NCBI GenBank assembly: GCA_910592345.1
Contig: CAJVPI010000007.1
Span: 1 to 64,000, forward strand
Direction of reading: 5' to 3'
Origin: Paraglomus brasilianum
Lineage: Eukaryota
DNA length: 64,000 nucleotides
The notes below the pieces were generated by a model. It was given only the letters and a program-made list of their open reading frames with translations. It had not been told where the DNA came from and did no database searches. Below are positions 39,020-52,600 of the stretch, piece after piece (positions within the stretch are counted from its first letter, which is position 1; each line of letters begins with the position of its first letter). The translations under genes and the position numbers were made by a program.

Positions 39020-39540
39020 ACGTCAATTTCTTTCCCATAACATTTGCTTATAGAATATTATGTTTTCGAAGCAGAAAAGTCGTGTATCCCTCGTCGCACA
39101 AAAACAACCTTGTGCGCAAAAAATTTCTTGGCATGGCCAAATGGGTTTGTAATAAATGGAGATGTCTGTCTGAAAACAGTTGTTTTTTTTTCCAGTTATC
39201 TTGTAGATGACATTTAGCGTTCCTCTTGTGATTTGCAGCAGCATAGCGATAGGACAGTTTTCTTGTACCAATTCGAGTCAGATGTCTTGCAATGGTTGAA
39301 CGAGACACTTTTACTTTGCGCTAACAGTTTACGTTCTAAAGCCCTGGTTGATATTAGAATAGTTTCTACGTATGTATTGACAAATGTTTCTGGAAATGTC
39401 CGCAGTAATTTGGGTTGTCAGTGCCCATGCATTGGTGACATTTTCAATATGTAAATTTGTCCCAATACGGATCTCCTTATTTCACAAATGTAATAGAGCT
39501 TGACGTTATTTGAGCTGTGGGCACGATGAAAACATCTTAG
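39020..39540 (-). mobile_element. Tc1-like transposase relic (N-terminal HTH to first D)
   Basis: PKITADISRNICQYIRRN, VSRSTIARHL, HLQDNWKK..FSD; frameshifted. Confidence 0.7.
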
Positions 39541-40405
39541 TAATATTTTAATAAAATGGATAAGATAACCCGTTAATGTTTCTAACTAATTCTCAAAGCG
39601 TCGACGTTGCATAATTAATATACTATTTATCCTTTACAAGCGTCTCAAAAACGCGGTATTGCTTTGAGCAGCATTTTAGATCTATATCAGGATCTGTACT
39701 GTATTTGTTTCAATCCGCATGTGAGCCACATTAGTTCTTTGGCATACGGCAGACTGCGGATATAATCCTGTGCCTAACAATTAGTCTTGGCTAGAATCAA
39801 TCGATTGAACAGAAATCTACTAGATTTACCCTGGCGCCACCAATCCTCCGAAGAGTTCGTTTCATTCGGCAGTTGAACAAAATTCTTCAAACTCTAGGAA
39901 CCCGCATATTAATATTACCACGTTTGTGTGATCATCTCGTATGACGACATAATATCGAACCCAAAGTAAAAAGGGCAAAAGGCAAGTGCTCTTTTCTATT
40001 TATCAACAATACCCGCCCGCATTTCTGAACAAACTGATATATGATAGTGACCGCAAACATGGAAAGACCGAAGACCACTTTTTTAAAACCTATATTAAAT
40101 ATTAATATGTGAGTGGAAGCAGACATAATAATAATGGTAACAACCAACGTTTACGATATTCCTGCTGTATTGTGCACGTATTAAATGCATCAAAGGAGTG
40201 TTTCTTTGGGATAGTCGGAAACTTTATTGAACTTATAGCATATTGGATGTATTGGTAGTAATCTTAATTGTATAATGATGAGGTGGTATCTTAAAGCATA
40301 AAAAAACGAGAATATGGAATTCTGTAAAAATCTAATCAAAACAAATGATAGATAATATATCAAAAAAAAAAAGTAAAAAATAGAAGCCAAATGTAAAAAG
40401 AAAAA

Positions 40406-40439
40406 CAACCAAAAAACCAAAAAACCAAAAAACCAAAAA
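40406..40439. repeat. (ACCAAAAA)n tandem repeat
   Basis: caaccaaaaaaccaaaaaaccaaaaaaccaaaaa. Confidence 0.7.
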
Positions 40440-41305
40440 GAAATTTGGAAACAGAGAGAGAAAAAAAAATAATAAATGGAAACGTAAAATCAAATCATTT
40501 CATTGTGTTGTCGAAAATGGGCCGTTCATAATATGCGATTGTAGACAAATCGAAGTAAGCGTCTTGAGGAACTATATAAAATATGTCATGTGATTAGACG
40601 AGTATAGTAAGTAAAATGTCACTGAAAAGCAGACCATAAACAATCTAATGATGATTGCGCCCTCACTCTCATTCTATATCTATGACGCTCACCGATAATA
40701 TGGTTCTTATTCTACAAACACACATACTGACTTTGGGTCCGATTGTTTAGGTCCAAGAGTTAACAATTTCGGCCACGTAAATCATCACTTTTTGTCGGGC
40801 AACAAAGAGCATCCTGCGAACCAGTCGCGAGTGACGATTGAAGCTTCGTCGGCTTTGTGTCGAATCAGTTGAAAACCGTCTAAATCGCATAATTTATCGT
40901 CTATTATTGTCTAATATCGTCTATTTTATTTTTTTTATATTTTTTTGTATACCGAGTCAGACTAGTTGGGCTTTTCTATCACATAGCAGAGAAAGCTCAG
41001 TGACTAGGACATGACTTGATCGTTCCCGGGGTTGAAGGGTTCAGGGGGGCCTATATATTCTAAAAACACTCGGGGAAAATGATCGCAATTTGTATCACTC
41101 ATATGAAGAGGCGGGGGTAAATAAATATCGATATAGTCAAAATACTTTAAATTATTTCTTCCTTGTTTAGACACTAATCTTAACTTGATAATATTCCAAA
41201 TATTCGGGTCGGGGGTAATAAACGTGAGATATAGGACAAGGAAAATTTTTATCTTTTTTAGTAGTTTTCAACAGTTTACATCCAGACGAGAATTACTTTA
41301 GAGTT

Positions 41306-41341
41306 CCCTCCCCCACCCTCTCCCCACCCTCTCCCCACCCT
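41306..41341 (-). repeat. Repeated CCCCACCCTCT unit forming a G-quadruplex motif on the minus strand
   Basis: Minus strand has seven G-runs of three or more with 1-3 nt loops. Confidence 0.7.
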
Positions 41342-41809
41342 CCGCTCTTGTCGATTTCGGTGACAACAATAGATACCTCATGACCCAATCCCTTACGTAT
41401 GCATCTAATACGCAGAGAGGTATTCAAAATTGGACATTAATGCAACCTAAGCTCACCGACAAAGACGCATTGCGGCAGTGTACATGAAGGATTCGCACAT
41501 TCGTCCACTCATAAACTACTTTATCAAACTAATTTAATATGATTTCTTTGATAAAGAGCGTTAAATATGCAATACAATTGCGTAAGCGTTCGGGTATGAT
41601 GGGGGATCGATATATCGATATGCAGTCACATATCGAATGAGGGGGGATGATGACTATCGATGTGGGGTGTATAAAGTGCATAAGTGCATAAATGACGGAG
41701 AAGGAGACATGTGAGATAAAAATAATGATCGGCTGCGTGCATAGCAACGAAACTCTATGGGAGATAGTCTTGCAAATAAAAATATATTGGCGTTGCGAAT
41801 ATGCATCAC

Positions 41810-42554
41810 TATAAATATCCCCCAGAACAACGAAAATACTCCCCCAACAAATAATTAAATAATTGTACCTGCACTGTACTTGTCATATAATCTTTGAATT
41901 CCTGTTTCAGTGGCTGCAAATACTCAAGGTAGTATATACCCAAATTTCAATAGGATTTGTACGGTACTGCGTTACACATCTGCTGCATTCGAACTTCTCC
42001 ACTGTTTTTTGCCTCTCCCATGCTTCTTTTTTCATTCACATGCAGATTGCCCCACAGAAGATGCGTTGTTTGAGAATTGTCCTTTTGCAAATGGATCTGT
42101 ATGATACACATCACATGTGAACGGGCAGGCAATTACAATTGATAAATGTATTAGATTGTATTCGTATAGTGCAAGAGTATAGTAATAGGCATCGCAATTC
42201 AACAAAGGACTTTGTATATTATATTGCGTCCATATTACTCTAACCGAAAGGTAAGAGACCTTTTATCCTCGTTTTCCCGAAATGCAGCTTCAAATTGTTC
42301 CAACAAGTACGAAACACTAACCATAGTATCTATCTCCAAATATAGGACGCCAACAGCCGAGTGCCATGTGAGAGTGCTTTGTTGCGCATTAGGGAGCAAG
42401 ATTAGTGGAGCAGACCATCATGAAAATATGGAATCGAACATTAAATGGTCCGTGGGTGATCGGAATGTTGACGATGGCTTTCCTTTCTAGAGGATCTTTC
42501 CACTATTATTACCACAGTTTCACTATCGTAACGGCAGAGGCACATTGGTACTGA
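41810..42554 (+). other. Orphan spliced transcription unit (lncRNA or microprotein)
   Basis: TATAAATA at 41810; intron AG|GTAAGA..ACTAAC..CATAG at 42251-42326; only short ORFs (44 aa at 42420-42554). Confidence 0.4.
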
Positions 42555-43539
42555 ACGAGATGAGATACATATTATATGCAACATTAGTAACAATATGGTC
42601 CATACTATACTTGTATATCCGTTCCATTGAAGGACGTGGTACGGTTCATCCTACTTTATTTATCTTATTCCTGTTCCTATTTTATCTTTACTTGCTTTCG
42701 TATCTTTCCGTTGAAATTTATCAATCTCCAGTTTTCGGATCATTCCGTAGCTTGCGATAGAAACATTTCAGGTCGTAATATATTAGAGTCATAGATGGAA
42801 TTAACTCTTTCTCAGCTTTAAGGACAAACTTTAAAAGTGATGATGCTATATGACAACTCACTATATCTTATAAAGGCCAAATTACCGTATTTTCGAATCG
42901 TCAACCAATTGTAAAGCAATAGGTTCGGATGTAATTATAATATCATGTTTCGAACTGGCATAACCATAAATATAACAAAAATAAAGACAACGAAACACTA
43001 TAACTTTTTTTTGGTAGAAATATCTGGTAATATCGTATATCCGATTATTGTTAAGTAACTTTTCACAAAGACCATGATATTCAACAAGAGAACAGAATAT
43101 TTTCAATTTTCGTGATTGACAATCGGAAGTAAATCTGCCGATAATTTCATCATATGCATGTTGCTTATATCATCATATTGCTTATATCATCATATTCATG
43201 CATTCCCTGATTTGAAAACCTCTGAGCCATCGTCAAAAGAGAAACAAAAAGTGTGCATGCCTATAAATTGGTGGAAGAATGGAATATATCTCAGTCAGTG
43301 TTTTAATTAATTTAGTAGATTCAATGAAGCAATGTTGTGAGAAAGTTATCGAGAAAAATTGTGAATGAATATCTTATTAATTTATACCAATAAAATCTAC
43401 TCATTTCAAGTTTTATTGATGTGCAATATATTGACAGAGCAATGTTGGTTAAAAAATTTCTCCCCATATTGTACATGGAAGCATGATATATAATTAAAGA
43501 GGAGATAAAACTTGTATAAACTGTAAATCACCCATAAAT

Positions 43540-44470
43540 TACAAGTTTATTCAAAAAGGAGTTTGAGTCTCTAAATTATAAGAAATGGACAGTGTTAGCA
43601 TTGTAAATTGACTCCATTTATATCAATATGTAATCATACTAATACCTGCAGCTAAATCCAAATCATAACAGTTTCTCGAGTTTAGGTAATTCTCCTGTAT
43701 GTGTAGGTAATAGGTAATAGTAATAGTAAGAGCTTTTACTCTCCTCAAGATGTGATAAAGGTTTTGCATCATTATAATAGATGATATCCCATTATTGTTA
43801 TTGAATTATTCTTGTCACCTCTCTAATAAGCTCATCAATATTATAGTCAAGTACTAGTACATGTATATCCAGATGCTTATTAGGATCAGCATCACAACAC
43901 CATTTATATTCAGCAAGTTTCTTGTATGCCTCTGGTGCTGTTACTGTGGCCATATACATAGTCCACCTGTAATATCACATAACAAATCTCTGCCAAATTC
44001 TCTGTCTTTAAAAGGTGGTTCACCAGTAGCCACTAAATACATAACAAGTATAAGACTGAAAGAATATATTAATGTGTCTGATTTCTTTGTAAATTGCTGG
44101 ATATGAAAGACTTCTGGTGCAATAAGGGTAAATAGTTGACTGACATGAATTTGCCAATTGAGAAAGACTAATATTGCATATTAATATGAATGGATCATTT
44201 CTAATTGAAAATCTTTTTCCACCTCAGACTCATCATCAGTATGTTTCCACCATGAAGATCACAATACACTAATACTAATCCCATGTGATGAATAGCATGT
44301 AAATACCATACAAGCATTCTCCATGTCATTTTTGATCAAAAGACTGCCATTGTTAACATAATCCCATAACAATCATATACTCTTTTGTTTCTAGTTGTTG
44401 TGTGACTCCATAAATCTGAAGGAAATTTGTAGACCTCACAATGCACTTGGTATGATTTTTGAACCATTAA
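43540..44470 (-). pseudogene. Kinase-family relic (last exon and 3' flank)
   Basis: IYGVTQQLETKEYMIV, CDLHGGN, IAPEVF, YLVATGEPPFKDREF, YYNDAKPLSHLEES; many indels. Confidence 0.85.
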
Positions 44471-44471
44471 A

Positions 44472-44514
44472 TAGAGTGGGATATAGTCTATATAGACTAT
44501 AACTATCCCACTTA
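44472..44514. mobile_element. Palindromic mini-element or footprint at the kinase-relic breakpoint
   Basis: agtgggata...tatcccact arms enclosing the perfect 20-bp palindrome TATAGTCTATATAGACTATA (44482-44501). Confidence 0.5.
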
Positions 44515-45925
44515 GTCCGGATTATAACCATCGTGACGACAAGTTTGCATTTGTATCGTCATTTGCCGAGGAAGTCAGCTGAGGAAGAAGTTAGCCGCCA
44601 GACCGACTCCGATTGCCGCAAGCTGTTTGAGTTTACCTGCAATTCTCTTATCTTATTACTTGTCGCGGTTATATGGTTTACTGTTCTGAAGCCTAATGGG
44701 AAAACCGAAAAAATAGAATCGGAGGCCGCAAATATATATTAAATGCAGTGCATTTCGTCAATTTAATCGTTTTTTTCGCGTTATATGAATACTTGGCATT
44801 AGACAACTACTGCTAAAACGACTCGCGGGGCGAGGAGACTTTGCCTCTAATGTATGCTCATCAATAGGGAACACTCTATCCATTGTATATAGGCATCAGA
44901 TTTGTATGCCATATTACTCCATGACTCGCATAATAATAGACGTTGTCCATTTGATTTGGCTTTATGTAAGTAATTTGCGACTGAATCAAGTTTTTAATTG
45001 CTATGACAAAGGATTTCGAACGCGTACTGTAATTGCGCAGGCACAGTAATAATATTATTACATATAAACAAACAGCCATTGTAAATAACAAAATAAGCTT
45101 CACTGTTCACACCGGCACAATGTTGCTCAGTACCAATCTGTAGAAATAATGTTGAGTAATCCTTGTGGGATTAAAGGCCAAGTTTGACTTGCAAAACTCT
45201 AGACATCAGCAGAAGCAGAGCTTGATTCTCCTTGCTACATCCCAGTCTTGTTAAAAAGTGAGTTATACCTCATTTTTCATGAAACAAGAAATTGTCCCAG
45301 ATGGTTTAATTAGAATGTGTTGCTAATTATTATAGGACAGTAATGCACATACCGTGTCTACTAGATACATACTGGGAAGATTTTTGATTTCTTCGATTCT
45401 TTTCTTTTATAAGAATAATAGTACCTAATCGGTATCTTGCTATCAAGCCTTTGCTAAAACGCACGTAACTTTGTGTACATTCATCCATGGGCGCGAATTG
45501 GAACCAGCATATCGCCTATTAGTGCTTGCTATCCGCCAGTTCTTCACATGTGCCTTTGTATTCATTTTGGCTCAATTAATATTGCCACTGTAATGGTCAG
45601 AGTTGTTGATATACACTACAATGCGACTATGGTAAAAATAAACATACTCCAATAATAGAGGTGAAAGTAACTCGTTCTTGCTGCCAATCCGAAATTATTG
45701 TGGATAAAATATTTAAGGTCACAGAAATATACACAAGATTATCTTGGGAATTAATAAATTTCACCTTTTGTTTGTCAAATAGTATCACCCGTTCTAGAAT
45801 TCACGTTTAGAGAATCTGTCGTTTTTCCTTAAATATCCCACGACAGTATAACTATATGCATTGGTTGTTCTAGCATCTTTTATTATCGACAATGCGTGCT
45901 CTGTCTATTTTATACAAATCCCACA

Positions 45926-47416
45926 TTATTCTTCCACCCCAACTTCAAATACGACTTTAATGCACGCGTTCGTTTTCTTATCGAACATTTCATAAGCTTT
46001 ATTTCCATCCGATAACTTCATCCGGTGGGTTATTATTTTCTCCAGATCGTATTTCTTGCTCAGAACTAAAGGCATGACCTGAGGAAGAAGACTCATTACT
46101 GGACATCGACCTGTCTTGAACGTTACGTTCTTGTTATATGCACTATAAGATATTATTAAGATTGTTGTCAGGTGATAGTCAACAGCATATGGTAAACGGA
46201 ATTGTGTTGTTAGAATACAGATTTGTAAATACCTCGTTGGATTGAAGGGAAAAGTATCACTGTTGTTGACCCCGACACTTGATATTACCCCTCCCGGTCT
46301 AACTAATTCAAGCGCTAGTGACAATGCAGAATTATTTCCAACGGCCTATAGTGATGTTAGCAAACCCCATTATTATGAAATGTCAACCTCGCAAACGCGT
46401 ATACACAATACGAGCAGATCACCAATTGATCTTCCTTTTCCATCTTTATCCATCTACCGATTACATACATACCTCCAGGATAACATCCGCTCCTCGCCCA
46501 TCCGTACAGTTCCTCACAGCATCACGTACAGCATCCGGTCTCGCTCCTTCTGCTCCATACATTCTAGCCATCTGCACTCTTTCTTCTACCATATCTACTG
46601 CAATTACTTTACCGACACCCAGATACAACGCGCTAACGACGGCCATCAATCCCACCGGGCCGCACCCCAATACTATTACGACCAGTTCAGCCTTTCTATT
46701 CAATTCACGCTGCTTTGCCGATGCAGTCTCTTCATCCATCGGTTCCTTTCGAAATCCGTACACGTTCTCGACACCATTCAAGGCACAATGATACCCTGTG
46801 GTCAAGACATCTCCGAGTAATAGAGTTTCAATGTCGGATATCAATGGCGGACAGGTGAATAATGACGATGATGCATTAGGAATTAGGACATATTCACATT
46901 GAGTGCCGTGAAGACCGACAGAGGATGACACATAGCCGAGAAGAAGACCATTGATACAGCGCGAAGAGAGGGAGTGTGTGCAGTAGTAACACTTTTTAAA
47001 GTTGTCCCAGTCACGTGTACAGTATGTAATTAGCATGTTGTCACATGATTGTAAAATTGGGAGAGATCGATCTTTCGCCGAGACATAGATGATGATTGAT
47101 ATTCTACAAACATTCGGGAAATAGTACTTCCTTTTCTTACCTCTCCACAACAGGTAGTAAATGCACCTCCAACCCTGTCCCCAACATTTATCCCGACGAC
47201 TTTGCTCCCAACCTCTGCCACAACACCCATAAACTCATGTCCCATAACAGTACCCCTATCGGGGCCAGGTTCAGTACCCCGATATATGTGAAGATCTGAT
47301 CCGCACAGACCCGCGAAACGGATTCGTACTATTGCATCGGTAGGTGAACAAAGTCTTGGACGCGAAGCAGATGTGTGAATAATCGTATATGGAGAGTGAA
47401 AAGTCAATGCTTGCAT
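45926..47416 (-). CDS. Zinc-dependent alcohol dehydrogenase (MDR family, FDH-like)
   Basis: Exons 47416-47141, 46991-46473, 46345-46233, 46142-45926; CGSDLH, GHE..G, CGECYYC..C, DVLTTGY, GCGPVG, IKVV. Confidence 0.93.
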
Positions 47417-48484
47417 TTCTGCGAGTGGGGATTGGTGGCGGTAAACTATAGTTGTGTTGGTATGGTGGTGGTGGGAGTGTACGGGAAGAAATTGAATAAA
47501 ATTTTTGGTCGAGAAAGATAAGGTATTGTGGATCGTATCATTTTTATTGGTGACATTTATATGTAATACGAGACCCTGATAATAAATAGTAATAGTGATA
47601 AGCTTGATTTCAGCAAATGGCTATCCACATGATGTCCAAATCAGTTAATATTAAGTTTTCTTGTGTAATATAATTCTATCATTCGTATGGTTTGTTTCCT
47701 GTGTGAATTACGTCATTAACAGCCCGAAATGGATGCTGTTACTATGGTCTTAGGATTGTAAAAAGGGACTTAAATAATTTTCCCTACCTTATCGTTAACC
47801 ACTTAATTTAGTTAACAAACTTCTGCATCTAGTATTAGTGGTTTCAGATGCGTAATACGCCTGTATAAGTGTTTCTGGGACGATGCAATTAATTTCCTCG
47901 AAACGGATTAAAAACGAACCAATTACGATGATAAATATCGTATAGTCTTTTCTATTCTTATTATTGGTATTATTGTTATTACTCTTTCTGCCATTTACTT
48001 TCGACTTGAATCATGAACAAGCCAATCCAAAAATATCCACTTGAGCATTTTGAAATGTCCGACTTTTTTCCGAATGGGCTCTTTTTAGTACATGCTCTGC
48101 ATGCTGATTCGTTATATGACGGTGAAAACATTGACTAATGCATGGTTTAAAATAGTATATTCCATTCATGTCATTGATCAATGACACAAATATTTTCACA
48201 AATTTGCATCACGGGATACTCAATAGCAGATATTTGTACTTAAGCATATTTTTATTACTGTGCTACGAACGGAAAAGAAAAAAATTTAAACCATAAGCAT
48301 GTTCCCTAATGAACCCATAGTCGAAGTTTCTATACGTACAAAAAGCGTAATTATTTATGTCATAACCCTATAGAAAGGAAAGAGCCATACTTTAAGCTGG
48401 CCATTATAGAATGCCTAAATAAATGGGCACGAAAAATTGGCAAAAAAACTAGAGAAAATAGTGGAAGAAAAATGACTTTTGAGA

Positions 48485-49654
48485 TCACAATTCTTTCTTT
48501 TGTGCGTAGACCCGATGAATTGGTCTTCTCGTGTTCAGCCGCTTCATTTCGTTATGAATCACCTCCCAAAGCGCATTGTAGTGATTGACGCTCATTTTCA
48601 TTGAATCGGCGAGGCCATCGCGGACTGACATGAGGAAATTACCATAATCGTTGCGGGCCTATATGGGGTAGTTAAAGTAAAGTAAAGAAAAGTAAAGAAT
48701 GAATAAATAAATAATATTGATGCATGCCTCACAATGTCTCGTTAATAATGTACTGATCAAAGGGATACTCACTTGCTGCGCAATTATGGTCGTTCCTCCA
48801 CTTTCTATATCTCTAGTTTCTCGCTCAATCTGTTGCAGATTGCCGTTTGCGGCCAGATATTCGTGTAATTCTTGGGCCAACTTATCGTTGACCTCCTTAG
48901 AGCGTAAATAATGTTGTAGCGCTACGATAATTCTTTTCGTTTCATTGCCACCGTTCACCAGTTCGATGTCACATTCCATCAACTCGATCCATCCGCCTGG
49001 CTTGGTGACTCGAACCAGTTCGTCTATCACCCTCGTCCTCCATTCATTGTCAGAGAATCCAATCGACAAAAATCTCTGCGTGACAAAATCAAAGTTATTA
49101 TCGGGAAATGGTAATCCCTCAAGAATGTTGCCTTGGACGAAGGAGACGTTTGTTGGGATCTGTGATCCAGGCTCAGGTAGCAAATCAACGCCAATAAAGT
49201 TGGATTTAGAATAGGTTTCCGCCATATTGAACAGCCAAGCTCCGGCACCACAGCCTACATCCAGGACAGTTGCTCCCTTTGCTAAAGTTTGACCGACGGG
49301 AGCCGAGAAGTTATTGTTCCAAAAGTGTCTGCTCACTTGATGACTCAGAGCTTCTACTTCCTGATTGTTTTCTGGAATGTCGGCCGTTGTCTCGTCGTCG
49401 CCGGAATCGTATTCCTCTGTTGGCGACAGGCTGGCTGTGGAGTTTTCATGATGCTCGGTCGTCGGTGATATGTTGTCCGAGTCTGAGAAAGGGCAAAACG
49501 AATCGACAGCTTCAGTAGAAAGTTTGCTGCTGTTGTAGATATTGTTGTCAATATCTCCCGAATCGACAGCTTTAGTAGAAAGTTTACTGCTGTTCTGGAT
49601 ATTGTTGTCAATATCTTCCGAATCGGCGTATTGGTCGTGCTGCTCTTGATTCAT
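48485..49654 (-). CDS. Class I SAM-dependent methyltransferase
   Basis: Exons 49654-48773 and 48658-48485; VLDVGCGAG, GLPFPDNNFDFV, ELVRVTKPGGWIE, ends RVYAQKKEL. Confidence 0.93.
49499..49629. repeat. 60-bp tandem repeat (about 2.2 copies) in the methyltransferase N-terminus
   Basis: cgaatcgacagctt(c/t)agtagaaagttt... at 49500 and 49560; encodes DS(E/G)DIDNNI(Q/Y)NSSKLST(K/E)AV. Confidence 0.9.
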
Positions 49655-52600
49655 TTTTTGTAAATAGTCGGGTATTGAGTGGTAGTGTGTGAGTAGTAGG
49701 AATTAGGATGTAAGGAATGGTGGGGGGGTTTCAAAAAGAAGGTAGGTGAGAAAGAGTGAAGGGAAAAAAGAGTGTAAAGGATTGCTTGGGCTTGTTGATT
49801 CCCAGAGTGATAAGGGGAGAAAAAAGTCGTCAAGCGGGGACAGCCTAGTTTTATCCATGATGAGTAGGGGTGGAGGATTGGTGCAATGTATGATGTATAG
49901 TCGATGTGATCATTGTTTGCTGTGGTGTTTGTGAGCTTATTGGGATATAATGATTAAGGGTTGATAATGGAGGACAACAGGCTAATTAAAATAGGGCAGT
50001 GGTAGTTAAAGAGAGCACAATTGTGTATAGATACAATAAATAATGACGGGGGGGTATAAATAATACCCAAAAATAGAGAAAGATGTTAATATTTTTAGGC
50101 ATCAAATATATGTATCTACATGCGGCATGTAGATTCAAAGCTATTGGCTCGACGTGTGGTCGGCTAAGACATCAGTGGTTATGCGCTATAAAAGCTCGTA
50201 GGTAATAAAGCCTTTAATAAATGTGTAACTGTAACCAGATAACCGAAACGGTTAGGTACCATAGTCATCAAAAACGTCAATTCATGGGGTGTGATGATTG
50301 AGAACAATGCTGGCTCTCATCGGCGAATACTATTGGTGGCATATTTTACGTTGGGCGAAAAAGCCTTATGCCATTCCCCAGTAAGCAGACGAGAAATTGA
50401 TGTTATTCTATGCAAGATCTCGTCATTGAAAGTAAAATGGTAAAAGCACATGCTCGAATAGATTACACCTCCCGGTCATCTCCACGCTGCAGTAAATAGT
50501 TCCTCGGCTAGTTACTAATATTGGTTTCATCCCATTACCGCTATCGCTATTCATCGGACTCTTGTTATTATTGTTGCGTTGGGCGATCAAATTACTTAAT
50601 TTCTGGTTGGTCCAATGAGAGTTCTTCCCATTCGTGATGTATATATTACTTGTGTTTAATTAACTATTATATTCGGAGTACGGAGCTTTTATCAATGTCA
50701 GGGTGTACAAGATTGATCAATGCTCATCCACTGGTTCGAACGACAACCAATGGCATCGGGGGTTAAATTCGATGAATTATTAACCCAGTCTAGATGATCA
50801 TACTTTAAACAAATAACATGACGATAATGTGAATGTAACGCCACGGAAAATTGTTTATATTAAAGTATTCTAAATCTCCGAACGCTTTTGGTAGAGAGAA
50901 AAGTTCATTCACTTCGTAGGTCCGGGAGAAAAGAAATTCTTTCGTCGAAAAATTGATAATCAGATTTCCTTTTCCCAAGAGAAATAATCGTAACACAGGG
51001 CTTGAAAAAGAAATCCGATAATCAACGTGAATTACTCAATTCGGTTGGAATTATAACTTTTGCAATTTCTTATTTAGCCGAGAGAGATATTTTCTTGGCT
51101 GTATAAGCATTTCCTTATCTAGCATCAATAAATTCCTTTTCACTTGATCAAAGCATTGGGTAACGTAAAAATTAATTAAGTTTATTACGTAGAGTCTGCA
51201 TCAATAGCAGAGAAGGAGAGATATAGTGATAAGGCTGTTTTAATTGTAACGTCTTAAAATAGAAAGGTAAAATCTCCTTATTTTGAATTGTTGATTTTGT
51301 GAACTGATGACAGAATGCAATAAAGTGAATAAAGTTTATTTACCGTTTTTACAAACTTTATTTATTTATAATGTAATACATTTGTATATCAAAAATTTTC
51401 AGTCTGTACGATCAAATGACAAAAGACTGTGTTTGGAATAATACCACTTCCAAAAACGACTAAATTACATAATTATCGGAGTATTTTGAATCTCAGAACT
51501 CTGCGGAAGCAATAACTTGTTCACCGCCCGCTGAAAAAAAAAAAAAGGGTAACAAGCCAATCTACAATAAAAAGCAATAGATTGGTAATCAATGGTATAA
51601 TAAAATAACAATAACATATTAGTGCATTGTCTGTGTGTTGTCTGTGTGTTCTGTGAGCACAAAGAGCGTTGACAGTGCAAGTACTACTGGCTTTAGCAAG
51701 CCTTTCTCTTTCAGTGAAACCAAATCGTATTAATGAAACTTGCAATCTCAAGTCTGAACTTGATATAGGCCCAAGGAATGTTGTGTTTTGTCTGTTACAT
51801 TAATAATAATAATGACAACAATCAAATGCATTAACAGTTAACTATTCAATCGTTAGTACTATCTTTACGTGTTGAGTCCAATTGGTAATACTACTAATGA
51901 AAGTCATAGACAGGTAAGTTGAAGTGATTTTATTAAGTAATATAACAAGCTAAAAAGGTAATAAAACACAATAACAAGCTTGAATTATTATACGAATGTA
52001 TCATTAAACTTAACTTGGACGCTACAATTAAACTAAAGGTGGAAGATCTTTTTTTTTTTTCCAAATAGTTTAGTTTAATATTTATGCATGCATTACAATA
52101 TACATAGTTGCTCCCGCTAAACCAAAGATGGGATGGACCGAAGATAAGTTCTAAATTTACTAATTGAACCCCGATAAACCGAATTTCTTAGCACTATGTA
52201 CCAGCAAAGTTGTCAACGATTAAAACTGATGGTTACTGAAACGAAAAAGACGTTCGCGTAAAGGTGTCCAAAAAACGGTTAATTATTCATAAGAATTAAG
52301 CGAATAATGGTTACTTGTAATTTGCTTATTTATGCAGTGAATTATTCGTAAACCGCTGTTTTTTCCACACTCAACTACGAATAGTTAACGGCCAAATTAA
52401 CGTAGCGAGTTGACTTAACAACTATTCGATAACTTACGAATTAGGTGTTCAAGTAATGGTACCAATATTAAGACCTCTTTCGTCCAATAAATGCAACAAT
52501 TGCTGGTAAAAAAAACAGTATAACGAAGCTATTTCAAATTGAAACTTTGCTTTACCGACTCATACATATGTATCTAAAGACGTCTCGGTTCAATATAGGG

